From Antedon mediterranea (Eukaryota; Animalia; Echinodermata), in assembly GCF_964355755.1 (NCBI RefSeq), contig NC_092679.1, forward strand, positions 1,022,201-1,086,200: 64,000 bases of DNA, given 5' to 3'. Under the pieces are notes generated by a model. It searched no databases and was not told the DNA's origin. It worked only from the letters and a program-made list of their open reading frames with translations. Each line of letters opens with the position of its first letter. Position 1 is the first letter of the stretch. The translations under genes were made by a program, and so were the position numbers. This document shows, piece by piece, positions 12,201 to 27,200 of this stretch.

Positions 12201-15200
12201 AAATATATTTATTGAACTATATAAAAAGTATGAGAGTAATAGAGTACTTTATATAGAAATAAGCCAACTATTTAGCAATCTTCTTAGTATACAAATTGAT
12301 GACTACAAACTGTTTAATACTCTTCTTAGCATACATTTTACAAGTTATTTATTGAACTATATAACAGAATATGAAAGTGATGGAGTATATGGAAATAACC
12401 CAACTACTTAATACTCTTCTTAGTGTGGAACATTTTGAAAATATGATGTCATCAATCACTATGAGGCATCCATAATGTATGAGTGAATTAGTGTACAGGG
12501 AATAATTTCGCCAGTGTAGCATAGCAAAAAGCTATACAAAACAACAATATTGCTAAACATTTCTAAAATTGTGTAGCAAAAAATACAATACAAAACTATG
12601 TTTCTTGACTCAATCAGTTTGATTAGCAATTTTGCTAAACAAAATTACAAAATGAAATTTTTCCCTGGTGTATAACTTTATCTCGTCACATTAAATTCAA
12701 ATGGTGATAAAACAAGTGTGAATTTGTGCCACATGTTAAAGGTACTGTACATGTCAGGTTATAAGGACAACAGTATTCTATAAGGCTTCTAATCAGCAGT
12801 GACAGACCCAGGATTTTGAAGTACAGGTGCACAGGGCCTAGAATGGTAAAACTAAGTGCTGAAACGAACTGAATGTCCCTTCTTGTTCAATATTATGTTA
12901 TTCAATGGTGAATAGGATGATCATACCTTGAATAAAATATCTGTACACATAGCCTTTCCATGAGTAATGATTGGTTCCTCCTCATCTGTCTTACCATCCC
13001 AGCAATCTAGCTCAATACATCTGAATAAAATAGTAAATCACTTATTGAAAATAACAAACCTCAAACTCAAAATAATTTAAATAAAATAATAAACAGAGAT
13101 ATATTTTTAGATATTTTAATTCTTTATTTGAATTATTAATAGTAGTTTAGGTAAATTTGTTGCTCGTTTTTTTTTTCATCCCCTCCGCCCCTCCCCAAAA
13201 AAAATCCCGCCCTCCCACCAACCAACAAAAAAATGCAAGAGACTATTAACCTGCAACCAGACAATAGCACTTGACGATACATCTCAACTGATGACTTTCC
13301 TCCAAACTGTCTACCAATGAGGTAAGTGTTGTGACTTGAGTTTATGAAGTAATGGCTCAACGGTTGTTCCATGTCTTGGTATACCTCTAGACGGTCTAAG
13401 AACACCGGAGCATTCTCATCTGACATTAAGTATCGACATAAACCATCCACACTCATTTTTTCTGCAAGATTTATAGATACGATGTATTAACAAGTATACT
13501 ATGAAAGTAATTTGTATATACTGTTGAGTAGCTCTGCATTTCTTTCTTTTTTGGTTATCATTTTCGTATGTAAAACGCTTATAAACATTAAATTAGGCGC
13601 TATATAAACTACCATTATTAATATTATTATTATTACTAATATTAAAAATAACAAAATGAGGAAAAAAGTATATAAAAATAATAATACTACCACTAACAAA
13701 TGTAATGTTTGAACCGCATGATACTAGCAATCAAACTATGCAGTTTCTAAATTGTTGTATAAAATGTATACATTTTTGTATACAAAATATTAACAACAGC
13801 TTAAAACAGAAAACAAAAGATACAACCAGATGGAATAAAATGTTAAAGCATAATTTAACAAAAGAACTGAAGATTGATGATGTTACAATTATTGAACAGT
13901 AGGCTGAATGGAATGGGCAGGTGTGAATGGAATGGGCAGGTGTGAATGGAATGGGCAGGTGTGAATGGAATGGGCAGGTGTGAATGGAATGGGCAGGTGT
14001 GAATGGAATGGGCAGGTGTGAATGGAATGGGCAGGTGTGAATGGAATGGGCAGGTGTGAATGGAATGGGCAGGTGTGAATGGAATGGGCAGGTGTGAATG
14101 GAATGGGCAGGTGTGAATGGAATGGGCAGGTGTGAATGGAATGGGCAGGTGTGAATGGAATGGGCAGGTGTGAATGGAATGGGCAGGTGTGAATGGAATG
14201 GGCAGGTGTGAATGGAATGGGCAGGTGTGAATGGAATGGGCAGGTGTGAATGGAATGGGCAGGTGTGAATGGAATGGGCAGGTGTGAATGGAATGGGCAG
14301 GTGTGAATGGAATGGGCAGGTGTGAATGGAATGGGCAGGTGTGAATGGAATGGGCAGGTGTGAATGGAATGGGCAGGTGTGAATGGAATGGGCAGGTGTG
14401 AATGGAATGGGCAGGTGTGAATGGAATGGGCAGGTGTGAATGGAATGGGCAGGTGTGAATGGAATGGGCAGGTGTGAATGGAATGGGCAGGTGTGAATGG
14501 AATGGGCAGGTGTGAATGGAATGGGCAGGTGTGAATAAAAAGATGGGTTTATGAAACAACTGACATGATTGATGGATCATTTTATTTTAGATATTCTGCA
14601 AATTCACTTTAGTTGTTCATTACAATTCCTAAAGCTCTGTCTACACTATCATTATGTGACAAAAAAATCTATTTTTTGTGATGTGTAAAAAGTCTATCAG
14701 AAAAGTGTATCAGAACTCTGTAATGTTACGATTTCCGCGAACATATGAAGAAATATACTGTACCTTTTTCAGAGTATTTAGAATTCTTTTCGTAAGTGTT
14801 GATAATTTGTAGAACACGTGGTCGTGTAAAGAAAGGAAAAAGGATTTCGTTCAGCCTAGGATCTCGTTGATCTTCATTTAAGAAGTTGATTAGTCTTTCT
14901 ACTGATAATCCATCATTTATAATATCTTCATGATTATTTCCTCTGAAAAAAGGAGTTAAAAGAGTAAAGATTGTTTATACTTTGAGTGCAGGATGTGAAT
15001 AAATTAAATATTTATTTAATAGAGTAGCACCCAATAGTTCTTAAAATCATGTCCATAACAAAGAGTAACAACTCGGCTTTAGGAAAAAAGTGTATAACTG
15101 CAGTAATACATTTTTTATAATACCTAAAATGCATTATTACCTCCGCCAGAATGGAGAGATGTTATGTGACTGATCACGTGTGGGTGTGTTACTCAAAAAG

Positions 15201-18200
15201 TTATTTTTTATTTTTGTAAGATTTTAAAGGATGGTTTCATAAATTTTCATATGCCTAGGAGGAGGTTTTCACTCTCCGAGTGGCCCTCTAGTTTGCCTTG
15301 CAAGATCTCGCATGCTTTCAGACATGCTAACATACTGCAAACTCTCCTTTCTCTTCTACATCTTACGCTCATGTTACCAACATCAAATGTCAAGATTTTG
15401 TGCTTACATTTTTTTGAATAATTCTTCAACGTCCATTCTGGGACAGATCTTGTGGTAGAGATCATAGAATTTCTCAAAGGGGAAGTCGCTTAAGTCTATC
15501 TCACTATTCTGAAGGATATAATAAAAAAACACTTTATAATCTAATATAGCTTAGATATATCTTTGAAAATGGGATTGCCAATTAAAGGTATCAAAAGTCA
15601 AAGTAAGGAAAATAATGTATTTATTAAATGTTCTGTTGAATTGAAAAATAAAAGAAAAAATTAACATTATAAAAAATATATAATTTTTATATATCAAATT
15701 TTATACTGAGGTAACATTAATTATGAATTTAGAATTTTCCTTTTAATAAACCAACTCAAATAATAACGATATTAGTACGACATTCATTGATAAGTGTATC
15801 TATTTTAACTACCTGTGACATCAATTGTTGAGAATTAATGAGTTCTACAATTGAAATATGCAAGTGAAATAAATCGAGCAGAGCATTAACAGCGCTAATG
15901 TAATGAGCTTGTTTAATATCAAGGTGTACATAATACATTACAATGACATTATTAATGTTATAGCATCATATTAAATGATGCGGACAGTACAGTATTCACT
16001 ATTAATAAATTAGTTTGAACATTATTAAAAATTTAAAGATATGCTTTAAAAATCAGACTATACAATATATACTTATAATCTATAGAGCATTACTCAGATA
16101 CTCCTTGTTTGAGGATAAACAAAAAATGGGAGAGGGGCTACTACTATTATTATTAATATTATTATTTATTATAAAAGTCTAGTAATGTCTAGAATAATAT
16201 TTTATAATTTATTTATGATTTTTTCCTCTGAAAAAAAAGTAGTAAGAGTAAAGAGTATTTATCCTAATTAACAACTTGGTGTCTAAATGTATATGACTAC
16301 ATTAACTTATATAAAATACCCAACATGCATTATTATCTTAATATGTTTCATAGATAGAATGTAAAAAAATTAATTTCTCTCATATTAAATACAATTATTA
16401 AAGTTAATAAAAATGTGTTAGAAGGATAACGTTAACACGGAAACAAAGAAACGATATAAAAAAACAGAACATTACGGAAATTAAATATCACACATATAAT
16501 AACAAAACACCTGCACAGACAGTGGAATACATCAAAATTGAATTTACATAATGCGTACATCAATTCACATCAAACTACATTTCAATTTAAACTTTTATTC
16601 TAGGATTTAATGTAAACAAGTTTACAGAATAAGCTTTGCAAAAGGAGTGGCGGGGAACAGAAAGGGGAAATTTGGATACAACAGAAATTGCTGCACCAAC
16701 ATGACTTAACAATAAAGAAAAAATTCTCTGGCTTGTGAATCAACTGATAGTGATCAACTGAATGAAACATCTCCAAACATATAGTTAGTCAACCCTCCCA
16801 ATACTGGACTATCTGAAAACCCCTTAAAAGGCCCTAAATTCATTTTTTACCATTAAAAACACATTCTGATATCAGAATCTTTGGAAAACCAGACATACAG
16901 TATTAAGCCAGCACAAAGGTGTCCAAGAAGAGTTGACTGTAATCAATATTTACCTTATTTGAGGGTAGTTGTAGCTCTTCTAGCGACTTGGTTACAATCT
17001 TTTCGGTTTTTCCCGAAGCAAATGTCCTGGTTAAACTCTTCACTGGGATTTTCCCATTTGGGTTCACTTGAAACTGAATTCTCATCCAACTGGAAATTTG
17101 AAACAAAATTGTGAAAAAAATATGCATAAAGCTCTGTCTACACAGTCACACTTGTGATGTTTCCATGGACATGATGATGTCAAATCACTACCATATTTGG
17201 TCATATCATTACCATATTTGGGCACATCATCTTTTTTTGTCAAAATAGTTTTATAGTGAAAGACTTTTAAATGTAACTTTGTAAGGTGTTATTTCCGATC
17301 ATATTTATGTTCCTAACTAGTCAATAGAACTATTCATAGAAAGTGCTGTCTGTAGACATGGATCCAAACTTACTTGTACGATGGCATATGAATTATTTCA
17401 ATTTATGAATTTCTTGTATAATATAACAAGAAGCCACAAAGCCCAAACAGGGAACATAATAAATTAAACGTTCAATAATTATGCTCATAGTCAGCTTATA
17501 ATAAATTAAATGAAATATATATTATGAATTATTTATGAATTTATATTTAGGAATTAATAATTTAATAATAATAAAAAAATAATTGGTTATTGGTTACAAA
17601 ATGTATTCAAGTACATGTACTTTACTGTTGATATCAAATATACAACGAAAAATTATTAATAAAGTTAACACATTCAACCTATAAAAAGAAATCACTATAG
17701 ACAAGAATATTCAATTGTAGAATTATCATTTTTACAAGCATTGTTATATTAAAGCTCAGGCATGAAATTATTATTTTTTGTCCAAAAACTGTAAGTTTAG
17801 ATAATATATATTTTTTTCTTCTCCATATTGTAATATCATTCAATTTTACACGTATTCAGAACCATAAAATTTAATATACTATTTTCTCTTTCTTTATATA
17901 GATAATATTGTTTAAATACGTCCCATGGTTTACATATATCTTGACAAACAGTAGACAGACAATCGAAGAAATTATCATCTTTACACACAGACCCTTGGAG
18001 GAGGTCTAAAAATACCTACTGTTTACGCAGAGAGCCTTGGAGGAGGTCTAAAAATACTTACTGTTTCATTAAACTGGTCATTGGACACACATTACTGGCT
18101 TTAAAATTATGAGTTATTGACTGCAAGCCATCAATCCAAGCCTACAGGAAGAACAACACATTATATTAATACATCTTTATTTATTTATTATCATCATTTT

Positions 18201-21200
18201 GTCATTATTTTCATCAGTGTTATTGGACCTACTGAGAGAAAAGTACTTTTATTATATTAAAGAAATATTATTCACAAAAACATACCTGTAAAAACAAAGA
18301 TGAATAAAATCAAACTTTGAATATGCAATTTTGTAGTTTTAATAATTATTTACTTTTGGAAAAAATATGTAACAAAAATGATGATTTCATTTATAAAAAG
18401 GACAAAATAAATAGTTAATTTAACCAAAATCCCATCCACTTTTAGACAATGGGCTTTTTGTTTTTCTTTTCGATTCAATTTTTGGTTAAATTGAACAGGG
18501 AGTTGTAAACAACTCCCTGAATTGAATAACTTTATGTTTATATTTAAATTAATTTTTCTCCAAGAAAATGTATCTTTAAGAATTTATTTATGTTTTAAAA
18601 TATTTATTTATTACCATGTTTAATTAGGATGTAGTAGTATTAATTCAAATGATAACTTTATGTCAATAACTACCACCAGATATCTCTATGAAGACGGTTA
18701 CCTGAACCAGTGGCTCTATTCTGTACCAGTTCTTTGAATTGTGTAATTTGAAGATGATATTACTTTATAATACATAGATGTAAATGAACATGTTAATTAA
18801 GTGTATGCAAAAACTAATTACAAAAGCATGAAATCTGCCTACTTATCCTCAGATTAACAAAAATATACCTTTACCTAATTACAACATGTGCTAAAATGAA
18901 AAACATAAACGCAATTAAGATCTATACTGATATTAACAAAAAAAACAGATATTACTTGAGAAGATGTTCTATTATGTCACAAAATATTAATGTTGTAATA
19001 TCATTAGTCATAAAAATCCATAAATGCTATCGAGCAAACGTCAATCAATATGAGATAACAATGTACGAACAATATTACCAAGATATGATATCATTTTAAG
19101 TGTAGTGTTTATACCATTGAACTCAAAAGTAATGCTTTCACTACAATTGGAACAAAAATGTTTGTTTTCATTACTGTTCTTATAAACAAATTAGGAGAGT
19201 AGATAATCTCATCATCATCTTCCTATACTCTGTGCTGAAACCTCCTTTGAGTATAGTTACACATGGGTTGGTCACATGTAGCTGGGCTTCCTAATTTTCC
19301 TCAAATTTTGTGTTCCACACGTTTCATATTATAATTATTACAATACATTTTTTTTTAATAATTTCAGATTTCTAATAACTGTGGATGGGATTAGTTAAAA
19401 AAATGTTCTGGTTTATAATTTATTTGATATCCTTCTAGAATGGGTAAAATAGTTGAGATAAATGACATGATATTCCAAAGGTAGATTTACAAAATGAAAA
19501 TTGTGCTTTATTATTGATGGGTGTTGAGTGTTTGCTTTGTAATAGAGGACCTAGGTTGTTCCATCGTTTAATTTACTCGGTAAATAAACATTAAATTATT
19601 GTAAACAACGTTGAGATGCTGTAGGCTATTAAATGACAGAAATGTATTATAATAATAATCTTTATTTCTAAAGCTCTATCTACACTATCAAATTTTATGT
19701 TATAAACAAATTTGATGTTCCTCTATATAGACATGATGTCATATTATTACCATGTTTGGGCATATCACTACCATATTTGGGCACATCACAGTAGTTTGAT
19801 AGTGTAGACAGAGCTTTATAAACAGAATTGTAACTTAATAATCTCACCATGTATAAAATTCATTCCAATACCTCCTCACACTATGAAAACGTGTGAAATG
19901 TGAATTTATTATGAATGCTATTTCAGCAATCAACTTATAATGTAATAAAACTGTATCTTAATGAGTTTTTTATTCACCGGACAAATGAAACCACAGCTAA
20001 TAACACTCACACACTTTTAAAATAATGGTTAGATGTTTGTTAGGTTGGATACATATTTTAAAATGTTTTTACAGAAAACAATCGTAGTAGCAAAAATGTT
20101 TATATTATTACAATTTTATATAATGTGCATTATGTAACATAACCACGGCACAAAGTGTATGTTAACAATGTACATTTAATGTTGTGAGTACATACTGTAG
20201 ATTACTACATCATTATTTTTAAATTGCTGCAGTAAAACTGAATCACGAACATGATTAACATGGTACTGTAATGTGTTTGTAGATCATTAGTTGTTGTTTA
20301 GATATCCAAGCATAAAGCTGATCAAATGAGTAATACCAGCTCTGTGTAAACTATCAAACTAGTTTGACAAAAAGTGTGATGTGCACAAATATGGTAGTGA
20401 TATGACATCATCATGTCCATATATGGGCACATTACATTTTGTTGCCACATAAAGTTTGACAGTGTAGACAGAGCTTTAGATTATCATTCAGGATAGCAAT
20501 ATTGGTGGTTTTACCTAATGTTACATTAAGTATGTTATTAAACATCTACATACAATTAATGTACTACAAATTTAGCATGATAAATATCAAAGTGTAAAAA
20601 TATGACTAGTAATACTCCTATCAAAGGATATGATTGGTTGATCAATTTATTTTATAAAATAAAAATTCAATCAAATAAAACAATACAAAACAGAAAATCA
20701 CACTAAAATAGGATTTTCTTCCATTTTTAGTAAAGAGATTTGAAGATTGAGATACGAACATAAATGCTGGATATACTTAGACAACAAATAAGTAAAATTA
20801 ACGGGCATGGAATATTAAATTAATTAATATAACAATCTTGTAAAAATATTAGAGAATTTGACTTTGGGTGAAAACTTAAGACAGCGCGAGTTTCAGTCGG
20901 TAAACCGTGACAAATCTATTTTATCACACATCCTGTTAATTACCTAGTCGATGTCCATCCGCTGTTACCGTAATCGGTTGAATGTGAGTTGGCTTAAAGC
21001 ACGCTAAAAAGAACGTAGGTATCTATGCTTTAATTAACTCTTGGGTTTGAGCCGAGAGCACAGTTTGTAGATGATATTTGATAAATTAGTTGTGTTATTG
21101 CTAACAGTGGGGTTCTATTTGTTAACAATGTTAAACAGTGACTATAGTGTTTGATTCACTGATAAGCTACAGTGCTGATGATAGTGTTGAAATGAAGTTA

Positions 21201-24200
21201 ACGCTACACAGAACTGTGTGCCTGGAATACACGGCAAATATGCTATTGCCATTATGGTTTTCTGTCAGAATGGGCAGTCTGCATGCCGGCATCAAATAGA
21301 CCTTCTCAACACCTAGTAATACTACTAGGAATATTCCCCACAATCTTTGAAAAATGTTTTCATCTGGTATATTATATTACAGATTCCTCTGAATGTTAGA
21401 CAGGCAAGCTGATGTATCCCTGTCTGCTGTGACATCTCTGCGGTCATGTCTCCGTGGTCAAATGTATAATGCCTTCATAGGCATCTATTTGCCAGCAATT
21501 TGCCTGGACGACTATGAGATTATTTTTTTTTTATATATTTAGGGAAAAAGCAAAGGTTAACCATAAGCGAATTCATTCACTATCCTTCTTAACGGTGGCA
21601 ATCCTGTTCACAAGACAAACATATACACAATATGCTTATTACAAATCTTTGGAAATGGAGTTGTAATTTGTCTTTAGAAAAAATCCTGACATATGACAGG
21701 ACTTGAACCCAAGACTCTTGGATTGGTAGCCAAGCATCAGAATCACCAAGCCACACCAACAAGATAATAATGTATGCAGTAATGATAGACTTACCTGAGC
21801 TGTCTCACTATCAGAAGCTATCATACGCATGTAGCTGATATTAACGAGGTCTAAGCCGCTGCACACTGTTATTGTCCTGTTGTTCAGATCTCCTTTGTTG
21901 TCGATGATCTTCTGAAGTTTTTCAAAATAAATCGGATCTTTCATGTCCTACAAGAAAATATGGTAGTGATATGCTCAAATATGGTAGTGATATGCTCAAA
22001 TATGTTAGTGATATGACATCATCATGTCTATATAATGAGCACATCACATTTTTTATCACTGCCATAAAGTTTGATAGTGTAGACAGAGCTTTTAATAATA
22101 GTTTTTCTCCAAAATGGGGCAAGTTTGAAAGTATAAAATTCTGGATAAAGACAGTTAAAAATATAAGAATATGTGAAAGTAGCATGGAAAGTATTTGCCT
22201 AAGAATAAATTGTCTGTCATTTTGACTGGGCTGAAGATGAGTGTAGAATGTTGCATCATGAAGAGTATAATGACAATAACTGTTGTTGGCATGTGTCAAT
22301 GTTATCACATTAAGATATCAAAACTCTTATAATGTTAAGGTGACGAGCAATTCCCATAAATGATTCCAATTTAATGCTTGGTCTGTGCCAGCATTTAAAG
22401 TACAGCATAAAATAACATAGGTTTTAATAGACTGTAAAGTTTGTAGTTAATTGTGTATGGGTAAAACTACACGGTCAATCTTGGTTCCGACTTGAACGCA
22501 ACAACGTAGGTGATACGCATGTGAGTTGACCAATCACAAGAGCCAGTTTGGTTAATCTAGTACATTTACTTAAAATAGTTATTGTAGTACTGTAGTGAAA
22601 TACATATTTAACAATAATTACTGTATATCAAATATATTTTATATTTAGCAAGCATTGCCTATACAGTAGCTATTATTATTGTTAATGTTATAAATGACAT
22701 TTTTTAAAATATACTTTCTTTTAATAATTTATGTTGCAATATACTGTATGAAGCATCTCATGCCTTGGGTTCCAATATGTAATTAACGTTTGGTTGCAAT
22801 CTCGAGGCCTTGGAGGTAAAATTAATGAAGATGAATTTATAAAAGGTTAACACGGAAAGGGTAAAAGTTGGTAGGTGTCTACAGCTGCTCTACAATGCAC
22901 TTTTTAGTGTATTATAATAGCCATAAACCTAAATCTTTATCCTCTATCTTTCTAAACCGCATGACCTGGTTCAAGCTGGGGAACCTACTGTATTATATTA
23001 CTTTTTTTCTGGTGAAAAATGCATATTTTTAACCAATTTAAAAAACATGTTTATTATGAGATTTATAAAGAATTTAAAGTAATAATTCTAGTAACCATCC
23101 TTTAATTAATTGTTACCATACTAACTAGATTAAGAGTAGAGTTAAGTGGCATTTCAAGAACTCTGTCTTTCTTTCTGATTAAATTATTTTATTTAGAGTT
23201 CAAAAGAGTACCCTTCAATACAATGTTATACGACTGCATAGAAACTTGTCTTAAATATTGCAAATTAGCGATTAGAGAAGATAACAATATAACCACACTT
23301 GATTTGAACAAATAACGCTACAGATCTTAATGCACTTCTTAAGATATGCAAAGAGCTAATTGTCAATCATGCAACCATGCTATAGCAATTGTCCCAACAA
23401 TCATATCTTTTTAGCAGTTTAATGTAAATTCTGTATAAGCTATAAGGGTGAAGTATGATATTCCTTTTCATCCCATTGGGACATGGGCCGCCACTGTTTC
23501 CGTAATAAACCCCTACTTTAATTGCACACAAGCCAGAAACCCTATCGTAGAAGACTTGTTCTACCACCAAAACTATGATAAAAGAGAGCGCCCTCAACCC
23601 GTGTCGATGCTGTGTCTTAAACTGAATGCTTTGAAAAATGTGAACAAATTTAACCAGGTCTCTTATCTTGTTTTTAAATCTTAAAAAAACCATTTTGATA
23701 ACAATGAATGAATTGAGTTTTTATTTATTATATTACTGAATAATATTTTAATGGTGACCATTTTAAATTCCAGCTCTGTTGCCTAGTTGACACTCTAGTA
23801 GTTTAATAGTATCTCTACTATGGTGTTATATCTGCAGTATAATGGTAGATCATCTTTACAGCATTAGTATTCACATTGTAACTTAATAATTGCATTCTAA
23901 TCATTATTTGACCACAGCACCATTATATCTGTTTGAAGGTTAAGATGATGAACTTAGTGAAGATACTTAACCTTTGTTTACAAAGCTAATTGGTATGTTA
24001 AATATAGATTCAATTGCATCTACTTACTCTGACACTGGCTCCCTTCCTGATGTCATTCACTTGCGAGAGATCTAGGACCTGTCCTTCCTGTCAATCAAAA
24101 ACAAATATATTTATTATTTTGTAGTTACGGTAGTTCAGACTGGTAGGTTGGAAACCATAAACCCACTGACTTTATTCCAGTCAATTTGACTGTTTTTTTT

Positions 24201-27200
24201 GCTTTAAATTACATTTTTTTAAGATAATCTTCTTTTTTTTTCGATCCAATTTTTGGTCAATTGAATAACTATTATGTGATATTAAAATGGCATATTCAAC
24301 AAAAAAATGTAAAAAAATAGTTATTTTCAGGGGGACAATATATCTTTAACACGGTATGTTTTCTAACTCATTTTTTCATGCATCCATGGATCAGAGTTTA
24401 GGTAAACATGTGATTTAATTAATGAAATATTAATTGTGTAAATTGAGTTAACATAGCGATAAAATCAATAGGTACAATTTCCTATAATCGACTTAAATTC
24501 TTGAAAAATCAATTAAATAATTCTTCATGTCGTGTGTGAGCATTCAAGTGAATAGACACCAGACCCGGTAAAAACGTACTGTATAATTATTAGTTTTCAT
24601 TCTGTTGTTGTTAGGTCTTCTAATAAACATTACAACCCAATCATTGTACTAATGACTCTCCTTTCTGAATTCTATTAATTATTAATCAATTAATAACCTG
24701 TTCATAAAACAAAGATTGTTCAATGCCTTTAAATAAAGTTAATTAATCATATATAAGCTATTTTATAATCCCATGACCGGATAATCCCATATTTGTGTAA
24801 TCCCACTCTATTTAGGCTAAATCCAGACATGTAAATCCATTGTTATTGTAATCCTAGTAGTATAATCCCATTACCTACTTTTCGCCGAAATCTATAAACA
24901 GGCCCCCCTGAGACGATTCTTTAAAATTAATTGATTATTGTATTCTAACACAGCAGGTGAAAGAAGATCCGTTACTACATCAAGTTTGGTAAATATAAGA
25001 ACTAGGTCATATCATAAAGGTCAAACGCTACCGCCAGAATGGTGCATATTACTATGGATTATCAGTGTTTTTGCTTATAAAACCAAAGAATATATTTTAG
25101 AAAAATGAGTAATCCATGGTTTGTAAAGGCCAATTTACGAGCGACAACGGTAATAAAAATATAGAATCTATGTTATTCCTTATGATCATTTACACACAAC
25201 GCGGAGCGGACGGGCGGTTTCTGCTCAGGATAGATACAGATTGTACGTGGGACAAGCTACGCTTTTTACGCTTACCGTTACTGCTCGTTCTTAACAGTAA
25301 TGTTTCAAACTTTTTGTGATGGTTACACTAATTTAAAGCTGCACCACCGGTAGTGTTTTCATGATAAAAATGTTATGCTAACGTAATGTTTTTTTGCTCT
25401 TAAAACAGTTAACGGTTTAGAATCTACAAGTTTTGTTTACCTTTCCCTCGCTTTTCCAGTAAATGAAGAAGCCATACTCGTCCACCTTGTACATACATTT
25501 TGTCTCAGTTATTCCGGTATCCTACAAAATCAAAAACATATAAATTAAGAAGGTATGTTGAACACAATTATCAAAAATTTACCATCATTACGGAATTTAA
25601 TTAATATTTGTTTGTTATATTTTAACTGTAAAGCTCTGTCTCTCTGATATGCCCAAACATGGTAGTGATATGCCCAAATATGGTAGTGACATAAAGTTTG
25701 ATAGTGTAGACAGAGCTTTACTGATGTAAGTGCAGTCCCTTATCATTAATCAAAATTTATCTAATAGCATTATTCGTCTTTATTTCGTATTATACGGATC
25801 TCTCTCAACATTTACAAACCTAATAACCATTAGGAATCATGATGGATGAAACTGGGCTAACGAAGAAAAACGATTTACCACAAACTGACTGGAACGTCGC
25901 ATTGTAAATAATAAAGTATAATAATATAAGAACTGGTATTAAGATTATACAGTGGATGGCAAGCTGATTGTATCACAAACTGACTGGAACGTCGCATTGT
26001 AAATAATAAAGTATAATAATATAAGAACTGATATTAAGATTATACAGTATAATTTTTTACTATATTTCCTAATTTTATTTATTTATTTTGTTTTTAAATA
26101 TTATTTTTTGATGCGTTCAACTTAACTCGGTCGGTCTGTAATCTGATCCAACTGCTGTTACAATTAATGGTTTCTAACTTGAACGCTTCATTTGTATAAT
26201 CATTTTCGTATATTTATCTTTAATTATTTTGATAATTTATCTCCCGTGTGCTCGTCTGGGTATCCAAACTAAATTCCGTTCTGATGATTAACGAAGGTGA
26301 CCATATCCTAAAGTTTTCAACTTATTTGGTCACCTTCCACACTCATCATACTTTTTTTAATATCTAAATATTTAAGTAAAATGTATATTGATGTGTGTGG
26401 AAAAGAATTAATAAACAAACAAACAGTGGATGGCAAGCTGTATTATTTGATCAATAATGATTATTGAGCAAGTACACGACGTCCCTGAGACTTAATAAAG
26501 TGACTACTCAAACCAAAAGTGGCAAACTGGTAGTATAAAGCACTGTTCACCTGCATAAACAAACAATGGCCTAATTCTCTCAGAAAAGAGTACTTAATGA
26601 TTATAAATCAATTGAATCAGTTAATGGTACAAACACACAACCATCATCATTTCTCTTTTAGTTGTAGTGCTCTCTGTAGAGAGAAAGATCATTGCCACTT
26701 TATGTAACTAATGTAAGGGCTTATGGCGCAGTGTGTTGGATGTAGGATACTGATCATGGTTCGAATCCAACTTAGGCAAGAAACTTTACTTACATTTGCC
26801 TTTCTCCACCCAGGTGTATAAAATCGTTAGATCAAGACACAAATTATGGGTGTATGTTTCCATATTTGTTTGATCCAAAAAATGACCGGGGTAATAATGT
26901 GCAATGTAAAGTGCCTTTGTTTGAGCATGATTGTTAATTAACAACAAAAGGGTGCTATAGAAATGTGGTAATTATTATTAACTTATACCCACAATAGGCA
27001 TGGAATAACTTAAATATATTTTGAAATTGATGTTACAAGATAAATTCTGCTTCAATTCTGTGGAAAATGGTGATGATAATGATAATGACTATGATGATGA
27101 TAATGATGAAGATAATGATGATAATTATCCTAATGTCATCAGCAATAATTAATAGATGTTAAATAATAGTCAATAATATATTGCCAAGGTGATTACATTC

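Noticed and set aside
13855-14580. 241-aa ORF ([19 protein letters not shown] repeats)
   Set aside because: Translation of a perfect 19-bp minisatellite inside an intron; no domain or splice support.
26720-26775. tRNA-like A and B boxes (also about 29460-29535)
   Set aside because: No cloverleaf; they are heads of multi-copy SINEs.
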